From positions 5,802 through 69,801 of IMG/VR virus record IMGVR_UViG_3300042318_000959: DNA of 64,000 bases; one strand, 5' to 3'. The translations under genes and the position numbers were made by a program. The notes below the pieces were generated by a model, which ran no database searches, was not told the origin of the DNA, and was given only the letters and a program-made list of their open reading frames with translations. This DNA is from a virus (Duplodnaviria > Caudoviricetes). Below, in pieces: positions 56,521-63,946 of the stretch (positions within the stretch are counted from its first letter, which is position 1; every line of letters starts with the position of its first letter).

Positions 56521-56775
56521 ATGGCAGAAGTAGAAGCAATAAAATTTTCAGCAACATGGTGCGGTCCATGTAGAGTAGTATCAAAACAATTAGAAGGCCT
56601 AGACTTCACAAACATAGATATTGACGAAGACCAAGAGGGTCTAGCAAAAAAATCAAATGTAAGAAGCGTTCCCACAATTATCTTTATGAAAGATGGGGAA
56701 GAAGTAGGAAGACATTCAGGACTAATAACAAGAGAAGAATACATAACCAAACTAGAAACATTTAAAAACCAATAA
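56521..56775 (+). CDS. Thioredoxin
   Basis: FSATWCGPC...VRSVPT. Confidence 0.92.
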   Translation: MAEVEAIKFSATWCGPCRVVSKQLEGLDFTNIDIDEDQEGLAKKSNVRSVPTIIFMKDGEEVGRHSGLITREEYITKLETFKNQ

Positions 56776-56778
56776 GCC

Positions 56779-57018
56779 ATGTTAAACCTTTTATGCCCAA
56801 CAACAACAGCTGCCTCACTAGGCAAAAAGAAATCCCAAATACTAGGGATATTTACAAGAACTCATGCAGAGTTAGTAGCCCTATCAATAGAACACGATAA
56901 CTACCACAGTAAATTATCAGACCAGATGTCTAAGATAGCAGAAGAGATGTCTGCTGTAGAGAACGAAGTAGCAAGCACCAACAAGCTGCTATCTCAGATC
57001 AAGAAGTTTATCGACTAG
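56779..57018 (+). CDS. Hypothetical coiled-coil protein
   Basis: 79 aa with a heptad pattern. Confidence 0.6.
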   Translation: MLNLLCPTTTAASLGKKKSQILGIFTRTHAELVALSIEHDNYHSKLSDQMSKIAEEMSAVENEVASTNKLLSQIKKFID

Positions 57019-57022
57019 TACG

Positions 57023-57313
57023 ATGGTAAAAACTTACAGAAAAAAACCTGTTGATATACAGGCAGTCCAATTTACTAGAGATAATTGGGAAGAGATCAAA
57101 GAGTTTACAGATGGTACCGCCAAAGACCTTACAATCGAAAGAAGAATAGACGGTGTAGCCACATGTATTATCCCAACATTAGAGGGACAGCATATTGCAA
57201 CAGAATGGGATTATATTATCCGAGGAGTAGAGGGGGAATTTTACCCTTGCAAACCAGGAATATTTGAGAAGACTTACGAGATAAGTTCTAAAACATCTGA
57301 ATTGCAATGCTAG
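57023..57313 (+). CDS. Conserved phage protein (KKPV..AVQ / TLEG / DYII / FYPCKP family)
   Basis: YRKKPVDIQAVQFT...IPTLEG...DYIIRGVEGEFYPCKPGIFEKTYE. Confidence 0.8.
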   Translation: MVKTYRKKPVDIQAVQFTRDNWEEIKEFTDGTAKDLTIERRIDGVATCIIPTLEGQHIATEWDYIIRGVEGEFYPCKPGIFEKTYEISSKTSELQC

Positions 57314-57552
57314 AGAGTATAATAGAACAGTACGAGGAAGAAACCTTTTTGAAAGCAGATGGTTTTGATCAAGCTGTCCTGGGGGTAGAAGAATCTACAA
57401 TGAGATTGATCTATTCAGTCAAAAAGTGTATAGAGATCCTGACAGAAGACATGTCAGAAGAAGATGCCCTAGAATACTTCAACTATAATACCTTGAGAAG
57501 CTACGCAGGAGAAAAGACCCCAATATGGTGTCACGATATATTAAATAATTAA
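57307..57552 (+). CDS. Conserved phage hypothetical protein
   Basis: KADGFD.AVLG...LIYS..KCIEIL...ALEYF.YN...GE.TP motif. Confidence 0.75.
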   Translation: MLESIIEQYEEETFLKADGFDQAVLGVEESTMRLIYSVKKCIEILTEDMSEEDALEYFNYNTLRSYAGEKTPIWCHDILNN

Positions 57553-57568
57553 AAAACACAATAAAAAA

Positions 57569-57808
57569 ATGACAACAGTAATTGATAAAGTAAGAGTAAA
57601 GCAAGGAAGACTTATCCTAGTAGAGAATACAGAAAGAACATTTGGTTCACCAGATGTTTATATAGCAGTACAAGTAGAAGATGCAGATGGAAGCAATGAA
57701 AGATGCCTACTATTTACAGAAAAAGAAATCAAAGATGCCCAAGAAAGAGCAGACAAAAACAAAGGAGACTTAACAAAAAAAGATTTCTTAACTGGCTTAT
57801 TAGATTAA
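57569..57808 (+). CDS. Hypothetical protein
   Basis: 79 aa, last gene before the terminator. Confidence 0.65.
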   Translation: MTTVIDKVRVKQGRLILVENTERTFGSPDVYIAVQVEDADGSNERCLLFTEKEIKDAQERADKNKGDLTKKDFLTGLLD

Positions 57809-57841
57809 ACCCCAATAGGTAAGTGTACCACAAACCAAACT

Positions 57842-57868
57842 AGCCCCGGCACATTGCTGGGGTTTTTT
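57842..57868 (+). terminator. Rho-independent terminator
   Basis: GCCCCGGC-ACATT-GCTGGGGT plus TTTTT. Confidence 0.85.
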
Positions 57869-57869
57869 A

Positions 57870-58460
57870 TACCCCCCCGGTATATGTTAAGGAAATGTTA
57901 ATGCTATATTTTAAAATTGACTATAAAAATTGATTATATGTGGGGGATACCCTAACCACCATAGGAAAAACCCCCGGCAAGTTTGGGAAATTTTACCCCA
58001 CCCCCCCTATGCTCCGGACCAAGAAAGATCGTCCCGGAAACGGGCCAGAAAGAGTTTTGACTTTTCCTAGCTTTATTTATTTTTTTTATCTATACTATAC
58101 TAGTATACTATAAGGTTACTCTATACCTATAAAGTAGGTAGGTAGGCAGCCTAGTTAGTTTTAGACTAGCTTATTTAGACTAGATATAAACTATATAATT
58201 GTTAATAACTTTATACAATTTTGTATTGCTATGTAATCCTAATTACAGGGGTACGATTTTAGTGGTAAATTGCTTCTAATGGATAAACTTATACAAAGTG
58301 ACACTAAGATACCTAATCGTAATTATCGTGCCGCAAATGGCTTCTATTCAATTTTGGGGGTGTATTAATACTATGTACTATATAGTACTATAATACCTTA
58401 TTTAGAATGAATATAAACTATATCTTTTTTTTACTTTATATTAGTTTATATGAAATTTAA
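57870..58460. other. Gene-free region, candidate genome terminus/packaging-site region
   Basis: C/G homopolymer runs (ACCCCCCCGG, GGGGGATACC, ACCCCACCCCCCC) followed by TATAC/TAGTA low-complexity repeats. It separates a terminator from the early promoters. Confidence 0.35.
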
Positions 58461-58463
58461 TTG

Positions 58464-58471
58464 TATCTTTG
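58464..58471 (+). promoter_or_regulatory. Bacteroidota -7 element
   Basis: TATCTTTG upstream of the first early gene. Confidence 0.6.
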
Positions 58472-58628
58472 TGCTGTTGAATTACTGTTAGCTATTTGTA
58501 TTGTCGGAATAGCTTTTAAGTCGCAACGAAGCCGAAAGGCGGACTTCTTTGACATACCGAATACTACTATTGATTGAGGTGTTATAGCCTACCTACACAA
58601 GTGGCTATTTACTTTTATACTTTATCAC

Positions 58629-58829
58629 ATGAAAAAGTTGAATGAGTTTCAGTTGTTTTTGATTAGTGCAGGATTAGAATTGGTTGCGGAAGCCTATAAA
58701 AAGGATATTGCCGAAGCCAAAGATAGGGGTAGGAATCATATTTTTAGTGAAGCCTATGTGGACATGTTTACTAAGGAAACCTTAGAAGCCGTCCAAGCCT
58801 TGACTAAGCGGTCTAAAAAGACTAAGTAA
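58629..58829 (+). CDS. Early hypothetical protein
   Basis: 66 aa. Confidence 0.65.
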   Translation: MKKLNEFQLFLISAGLELVAEAYKKDIAEAKDRGRNHIFSEAYVDMFTKETLEAVQALTKRSKKTK

Positions 58830-58893
58830 GACAAGCACCTAAGCAAGTGTATAAAAGGCTTAATCTTTAACTATTCACTTAATACTTTACAGT

Positions 58894-59091
58894 ATGGACT
58901 ATTCAAACCTTGAGTTGAATCACGAAGCCAACGTATTGGCACAATTTGAAGCTACCCTAATTGAGCAGGGGTACATTATTACTTGTAAAATTGAGGACGT
59001 TAAACTAGATAGTTTAAACCGACCTTATGAGCAAACCGAAAGCGGTAAAATGATGTTACCTAACAAAAATTTGAGAGTAAATAAACACTAA
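58894..59091 (+). CDS. Early hypothetical protein
   Basis: 65 aa, AGT-ATG start. Confidence 0.6.
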   Translation: MDYSNLELNHEANVLAQFEATLIEQGYIITCKIEDVKLDSLNRPYEQTESGKMMLPNKNLRVNKH

Positions 59092-59118
59092 TTATTAATT
59101 AACCCCCGAAAGGGGGTT
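59087..59118 (+). repeat. Direct repeat with a GAAA-tetraloop hairpin (copy 1)
   Basis: ACTAATTATTAAT-(T)-AACCCCCGAAAGGGGGTT; copy 2 is at 60013-60045. Confidence 0.85.
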
Positions 59119-59135
59119 ACAATACCTTACTTAAC

Positions 59136-60017
59136 ATGAATATCTTATCTGATTTACAAGGCGGAAACGCAAACATCGAAGCTATCAAAAGCAAATTGTT
59201 TGATGTGGTAAAGATACCACTAATCACAGGGGACGAACGCTTCATAAACCCCGATAGTTTTGCAACCTATCGAGCCACAGGTGGTGCTTCGCTAGGCACA
59301 GTTGGAAAGGACTTTACCCCAACCCAACCGAAGTTGTTATTTGACGAATTTGAAAATTGCTTATACGATACCGATGCTAGAATGCAGGACGTAAAGTACC
59401 TTGAATTGAAAGGCGGTAAAAAAGTAGTTTTTGAAGCACCTATCAAAACAATAGGTTTCAGGAACTTGAAAGGCGAACAGGACGAAATGATTGTTAAGAT
59501 TAATCTTGCCACAGGTTTTGATGGCTTAACTAAAACTAGCTTGTTTATTAGTTGTTACCGCATGGTATGTGCCAACGGAATGAAAGCATGGCGAACTGAA
59601 TTTGCAGTATCTTTTAAAAATACCAAAGGTAACGTTGGAAAGGCTTCGTCTTTATGCTATGACATAGCTAAAGCAACCGACCAAATAAACGATTTTGAAG
59701 CCTATCTTAGGAAACTAAATTCAGTTCGTGTCAATACCGCTAAGGTTGAAGAATTTGTTTTTAAAACAATAGGTTACAACGAAGCTATGAGAAGCGAACT
59801 AGGTACGGCAAAAAAGAATACTTTAGATGCAGTACAACAAAGCATAGCTAGAGAATTTAGTCGCACAGGTGCAACGCTATGGGGCTTAGTTAATGGTATC
59901 ACACATTATACCAACCACGAAGCTAGAACCGATGACAGAAACGACTACTTACTAGTAGGTGGTGGTTTGAAACTGAATGACCTAGCACAAAAGGTTGCAC
60001 TTGAAATGGCTTACTAA
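59136..60017 (+). CDS. DUF932 (TIGR03299-like) family protein
   Basis: ATYR..G...LG.VGKDF...Q, GGKKV, GFDG, R.VC.NGM, H...., T.WG.VNGITHY.NH pattern. Confidence 0.75.
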   Translation: MNILSDLQGGNANIEAIKSKLFDVVKIPLITGDERFINPDSFATYRATGGASLGTVGKDFTPTQPKLLFDEFENCLYDTDARMQDVKYLELKGGKKVVFEAPIKTIGFRNLKGEQDEMIVKINLATGFDGLTKTSLFISCYRMVCANGMKAWRTEFAVSFKNTKGNVGKASSLCYDIAKATDQINDFEAYLRKLNSVRVNTAKVEEFVFKTIGYNEAMRSELGTAKKNTLDAVQQSIAREFSRTGATLWGLVNGITHYTNHEARTDDRNDYLLVGGGLKLNDLAQKVALEMAY

Positions 60018-60045
60018 TTATTAATCAAACCCCCGAAAGGGGGTT
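60013..60045 (+). repeat. Direct repeat with a GAAA-tetraloop hairpin (copy 2)
   Basis: ACTAATTATTAAT-CA-AACCCCCGAAAGGGGGTT. Confidence 0.85.
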
Positions 60046-60060
60046 TAAATCACACTAAAA

Positions 60061-60219
60061 ATGGGAAACCTTATAATCATTATAATAGCTATCTTTGGGT
60101 TTATCTTCCACGCAAAGGTAACAGAAAATAAAGTACAATTTAACTACCTTGACTATTGTTTAACAGTTACCTTTGTACTAGTTAGTTTAATATCATTTAT
60201 AGACTTAATCTTTAGTTAA
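60061..60219 (+). CDS. Small two-TM membrane protein (52 aa, not in the ORF track)
   Basis: MGNLIIIIIAIFGFIFHAK...CLTVTFVLVSLISFIDLIFS. Confidence 0.55.
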   Translation: MGNLIIIIIAIFGFIFHAKVTENKVQFNYLDYCLTVTFVLVSLISFIDLIFS

Positions 60220-60220
60220 T

Positions 60221-60349
60221 ATGAAGACATTGCAAGTTACACAAAGTACATTTACAGCTATGCTATCAGGCTTAATCCAATCAGGTGTTACATTTGAAGC
60301 AAAGCAATACGGAGCAGAAATTTTAATAACTTTTACAGGTGGTTTCTAA
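60221..60349 (+). CDS. Small hypothetical protein (42 aa)
   Basis: MKTLQVTQSTFTAMLSGLIQSGVTFEA...; tightly packed. Confidence 0.55.
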   Translation: MKTLQVTQSTFTAMLSGLIQSGVTFEAKQYGAEILITFTGGF

Positions 60350-60363
60350 CAACCAATAGAATT

Positions 60364-60537
60364 ATGAAGACAGTATTTTTAACTCAGAAAAGTATCAATA
60401 TAGATAGACTTAATAGCGACATCGAAAGGCTTACAATAGAGGGCTACAAAGTAGTTGATTATAAAATTGTTGGTTCAGCAGTACACGACCAATACAATCA
60501 ATACACAGTTATAGTTGTACAACTTAATCAGGAATAA
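60364..60537 (+). CDS. Small hypothetical protein (57 aa)
   Basis: MKTVFLTQKSINIDRLNSDIE... Confidence 0.55.
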   Translation: MKTVFLTQKSINIDRLNSDIERLTIEGYKVVDYKIVGSAVHDQYNQYTVIVVQLNQE

Positions 60538-60541
60538 TCTA

Positions 60542-60600
60542 AGGGGGGGCAAAAAATCCCCCTTTATTTTAGTTTATATCAAATATTTTTTTTATCTTTG
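60542..60600 (+). promoter_or_regulatory. Terminator-like hairpin followed by a TATCTTTG promoter element
   Basis: AGGGGG...CCCCCTTT then TATCTTTG at 60593. Confidence 0.65.
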
Positions 60601-60636
60601 CAATGGCAATGAAGCCAACCCTTATACCTTATACGA

Positions 60637-61416
60637 ATGAAAGCACAAATTAACACGAATGTATTTCCTATTATTTCAGTAGGAATGTATTACACCCCTT
60701 TATCTCCGGACAGTATCTTTGACGGTTCACAAATTGATGATGACAGGCTTGAGGGCTACATCAATTACGGTAGCGACTACTTCGATGACAACTTTCAGAA
60801 TGATCTTTATGTGAAAGCTATTGAAGAACGTGCTGACTATTTTTTGACAGGCTCACATGAAGCCAACGGTATTGAAATCGAAATCAAAACAGGCGAAATT
60901 TACAGCCCAAAGTACTACAACTTTGCCACAGATAACATGGACTTGGAGGTTACTTTTAATAAGACAAAAGTGCTTCAATATGCCAAAGCAAATAAGGACG
61001 AACTAGATAGCTTTTTAAACAAGCACTTTACAAGCTATGACGGTTTCCACAGTCACACTCCTAATAACTTCGATGACTGGGCTAAGGACTTCAAAGATAA
61101 CACAGCCCAAAGTATTGGTGCAGTTCTTACTTTTATTTTCTTGGACGAACTAGATGATTTTAAAGAGGGTTTCTATCAAGCATGCCACAGCGAACTATAC
61201 TATTGGGACTTCGTTGATACTACTAGCATAGACCTGGAGCAAAAAATTATCGAAGACTATGTTTGCAACCACTACCAGGAAATCTTTGTCAATACCTTTT
61301 TAGATAGTCTATATGAATGGGGGTTTGAACACTTCGACAAAGATGATATTCTAGCTGTGGCACTTCGCAAATGTGCTGAAATTGAAAGCCACACTTTAGA
61401 ACTTGAATTAGTATAA
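60637..61416 (+). CDS. Acidic early protein of unknown function
   Basis: 259 aa, rich in Asp/Glu/Tyr/Phe; SP.YYNFATD motif. Confidence 0.75.
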   Translation: MKAQINTNVFPIISVGMYYTPLSPDSIFDGSQIDDDRLEGYINYGSDYFDDNFQNDLYVKAIEERADYFLTGSHEANGIEIEIKTGEIYSPKYYNFATDNMDLEVTFNKTKVLQYAKANKDELDSFLNKHFTSYDGFHSHTPNNFDDWAKDFKDNTAQSIGAVLTFIFLDELDDFKEGFYQACHSELYYWDFVDTTSIDLEQKIIEDYVCNHYQEIFVNTFLDSLYEWGFEHFDKDDILAVALRKCAEIESHTLELELV

Positions 61417-61423
61417 ATCTAAC

Positions 61424-61448
61424 AGCCCCCTTTCGAGGGGGTTTCTTT
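61424..61448 (+). terminator. Rho-independent terminator
   Basis: CCCCCT-TTCG-AGGGGG plus TTTCTTT. Confidence 0.75.
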
Positions 61449-61527
61449 AAATTAACTTATATGGTTGTTTACATTATAATTACGGTTGTTGCAGTAGTAG
61501 TATTAAGAACTTTAAAAAAGTAACGGT

Positions 61528-61689
61528 ATGTTAGTAGAAGTAGAACTATTAGATTTTGGCTACAAAGCAGTCATAATCAAAGATAAAAAAGTTATTGGTG
61601 AAATGTTAGGGGTTACTCTAGCTAACCTTTATAAGAGTTTATTTCAAGTGTATAGGATAGACCTATACGGTACAATAAGTTTAAATTAA
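61528..61689 (+). CDS. Small hypothetical protein (53 aa)
   Basis: MLVEVELLDFGYKAVIIKDKKVIG... Confidence 0.5.
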   Translation: MLVEVELLDFGYKAVIIKDKKVIGEMLGVTLANLYKSLFQVYRIDLYGTISLN

Positions 61690-61694
61690 GTAGT

Positions 61695-61790
61695 ATGAAA
61701 AAGTTTATTATTGAGGGTTATGAGGTATGGGCGAATACCTATTCAGATGCAAAAGAAAAATATAGGTTGTGGTGCTTGGTGCCAAACTAG
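61695..61790 (+). CDS. Small hypothetical protein (31 aa)
   Basis: AGT-ATG start, MKKFIIEGYEVWANTYSDAKEKY... Confidence 0.45.
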   Translation: MKKFIIEGYEVWANTYSDAKEKYRLWCLVPN

Positions 61791-61794
61791 TACA

Positions 61795-61865
61795 AGGGGG
61801 GACAAAAGTTTCCCCTTTTTTTATGCCCAAAAGTTTGGTAGACTAAAAACTATTTTGTATATTTG
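61795..61865 (+). promoter_or_regulatory. Terminator-like hairpin plus TTTG-N20-TATATTTG promoter
   Basis: GGGGGGA...TCCCC-TTTTTTT then TTTG(61834) and TATATTTG(61858). Confidence 0.7.
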
Positions 61866-61900
61866 TACTAGCAATGATGCTAAACTTTACACTAACTAAT

Positions 61901-62119
61901 ATGGCACAAGAATTTATTTTAAGAGAGAATGTATTGACTGATGATACATTACTACTAGCTGATGAGGGCAAAGTATTCAAAGGGGGTTATATAGCCATAA
62001 TCAAAGCGTATACCTATCAAAACTCTTGGTCGGATAAACTAGGGGTAAAGAGGTTTAGAAACGAGGATAAGCTAAACAACTATTTAGAAAAGAACTATCC
62101 ACAATTTGAAATGTATTAA
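61901..62119 (+). CDS. Early hypothetical protein
   Basis: 72 aa from ATG 61901 (MAQEFILRE...). The upstream ATG lies too close to the promoter. Confidence 0.65.
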   Translation: MAQEFILRENVLTDDTLLLADEGKVFKGGYIAIIKAYTYQNSWSDKLGVKRFRNEDKLNNYLEKNYPQFEMY

Positions 62120-62135
62120 TTAACTAATCTAAAGA

Positions 62136-62218
62136 TAGGGGGGCAAATTGTCCCTCTTTTTTTTATTAAAACTTTAACACTTTTTTCTTGCAGTTGTCAT
62201 TTGTTTGGCGTATCTTTG
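62136..62218 (+). promoter_or_regulatory. Terminator-like hairpin plus TATCTTTG promoter
   Basis: GGGGGGCA...TGTCCCTC-TTTTTT then (C)TTG-N20-TATCTTTG(62211). Confidence 0.7.
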
Positions 62219-62264
62219 TTTAACAATAAGAGGGAACGATATGGATAGATAGACCACATAGGAA

Positions 62265-62405
62265 TAAGGATTTGACAAAGGGCGATGTGTAACACCAACA
62301 CAGGAAGAGTAGACTCCGTCCTACCTTATAGTGAAATCGGGGGGTGGGTGGGGGGTGCGTTGGAGTCTACCCTATGCGTGTCAAAAAAAACACGAACCCC
62401 CGAAT
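62265..62405 (+). ncRNA. Candidate G-rich structured RNA
   Basis: GTAGACTCC/GGAGTCTAC 9-bp stem, TTTGAC/GTCAAA, TGTGT/ACACA, and TCGGGGG able to pair with CCCCCGA. It has its own promoter. Confidence 0.4.
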
Positions 62406-62517
62406 TGCGTTACTCTGGCAATTATCTAATACAAAGGTACGACAAAAATCAACACAAGTCAAGATAAAACTGTAAAAGTTATCAACATAATTTTGTTAAT
62501 AACTTGATAAAAAAAAT

Positions 62518-62549
62518 GTTGCACAAGTCAAACTAGTGCCGTATATTTG
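62518..62549 (+). promoter_or_regulatory. Bacteroidota-type promoter
   Basis: GTTG-N20-TATATTTG. Confidence 0.7.
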
Positions 62550-62590
62550 CAATGTGGTTGTAACGAAACAACTACTTTATATTATATAGT

Positions 62591-62941
62591 ATGGAGAATT
62601 TCATCATTAACATTGGATTGAACGTAGGTTATAGAGAACCTAAAATACAACTAGATAGTGTATTATTCCACTTAAAAAGTGCATTCCCTAGAGGTACTGA
62701 AAATACCCTAAAAGAAGAAAATAAAGGGGGTTTTTGGGGCAAAGAGAGAGTACTTATAGTTGAGGGCAAAACAGATTTAGATATAGAGAGTTTCGATAAG
62801 TTAGTACAGAACCTTTGTTATTTGACTACTCAAGATGCAATGCCGTTTTGTTTAGGGGAGAATTGTAGATTAGTTTATGCAAAAGATTATATGGGGGAGA
62901 AGCCTTGTAGTTTTGATGATATATATTTTTTACGAAAATAA
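62591..62941 (+). CDS. Early hypothetical protein
   Basis: 116 aa; INIGLN...W..ERVLIV...L...L...TQDA motif. Confidence 0.7.
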   Translation: MENFIINIGLNVGYREPKIQLDSVLFHLKSAFPRGTENTLKEENKGGFWGKERVLIVEGKTDLDIESFDKLVQNLCYLTTQDAMPFCLGENCRLVYAKDYMGEKPCSFDDIYFLRK

Positions 62942-62952
62942 ATGCAAATTGT

Positions 62953-62984
62953 TTTGGTAGTTTCAATTTAAAAAACTATCTTTG
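62953..62984 (+). promoter_or_regulatory. Bacteroidota-type promoter
   Basis: TTTG-N20-TATCTTTG. Confidence 0.75.
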
Positions 62985-63013
62985 TTTAACGAAAATTTAA
63001 AACCTTATTCAGT

Positions 63014-63220
63014 ATGGAAAATTCAATGATTATTACAGATGACAATTTTGTCTTTTTGAACGTAGCAGAAAAAGCTAAAGAGATTTTTAGTAGTGGTTTA
63101 TTTGACTTGTACGTTATTCATCACGACAATAGCGAAAGTCTAGTAGAAAAGTATGCAGATATAAATGATGCACTAGAAATGGGATTGAGTATAGCAATAG
63201 AAGTAGGACAATTAAATTAA
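63014..63220 (+). CDS. Early hypothetical protein
   Basis: 68 aa, acidic. Confidence 0.65.
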   Translation: MENSMIITDDNFVFLNVAEKAKEIFSSGLFDLYVIHHDNSESLVEKYADINDALEMGLSIAIEVGQLN

Positions 63221-63225
63221 CTAAT

Positions 63226-63807
63226 ATGAAAACATTAAAAGTAGTACAAGATAGTTGTGGGGACAGCCCTAGAGAGTGGGATAATTTAGGAACAATGGTA
63301 TGTTTCCATGGTCGTTATGATTTAGGGGATAAACATAAATACTACTCCGATGATTATTCGGGTTGGGAAGAGTTGGAAAAAGCAATCCTAAAAGAGGGGG
63401 GTAGGGGAACGATAGTTTTACCTTTGTACCTATACGACCATTCGGGTATAACAATGCGTACAAGTCCGTTTGGTTGCCGTTGGGATAGTGGTCAAGTTGG
63501 TTTCATATTAACTAATAGAGAAACTATACTATCGGAGTTCGGGGGTAAGAGAGTAACCAAGAAGATAAGAGAAAAAGTATCGGGGATACTAGAGGGGGAA
63601 GTGGAAACTTATACCCAATACCTAGAGGGAGATATTTACGGCTTTCAGATAGTAGATGAAGAGGGAGAGATAGTTGATAGTTGTTATGGATTTTATGGAA
63701 CAGACTTCGCTACTAATGGTATGCTAGATTATATAGATGCAGACTTGTTAGGGGTAAGCGAGGGAGAAGTTATAAGTTTGTTAGAGGGGGTTGAAATTGA
63801 ATATTAA
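63226..63807 (+). CDS. Conserved acidic early phage protein
   Basis: SPREWDNLG...H.RY.LGD, LPLYLYDHSGITM.T..F.C.WDSGQVGFI, and DSC.GFYG motifs. Confidence 0.75.
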   Translation: MKTLKVVQDSCGDSPREWDNLGTMVCFHGRYDLGDKHKYYSDDYSGWEELEKAILKEGGRGTIVLPLYLYDHSGITMRTSPFGCRWDSGQVGFILTNRETILSEFGGKRVTKKIREKVSGILEGEVETYTQYLEGDIYGFQIVDEEGEIVDSCYGFYGTDFATNGMLDYIDADLLGVSEGEVISLLEGVEIEY

Positions 63808-63946
63808 GTAGTAGTAGAGGGTTATTATTCCCCCTTGTTGTAAGGTACGAGGGGGGTAATAAAAAAAGTAGTAAAAAAATTAGGATAATTAAAAAATAAG
63901 AAGTACATTTGTATAGGCAAATAAGCCAAACTTAAAATTAGATAGT

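Noticed and set aside
61711-61899. 62-aa ORF from the track
   Set aside because: It crosses a terminator and a promoter. The 31-aa ORF at 61695-61790 in another frame has the typical AGT-ATG start.
62285-62467. 60-aa ORF as a real gene
   Set aside because: Poor start context and it coincides with G-runs and inverted repeats. An RNA structure explains the sequence better, though translation is not excluded.
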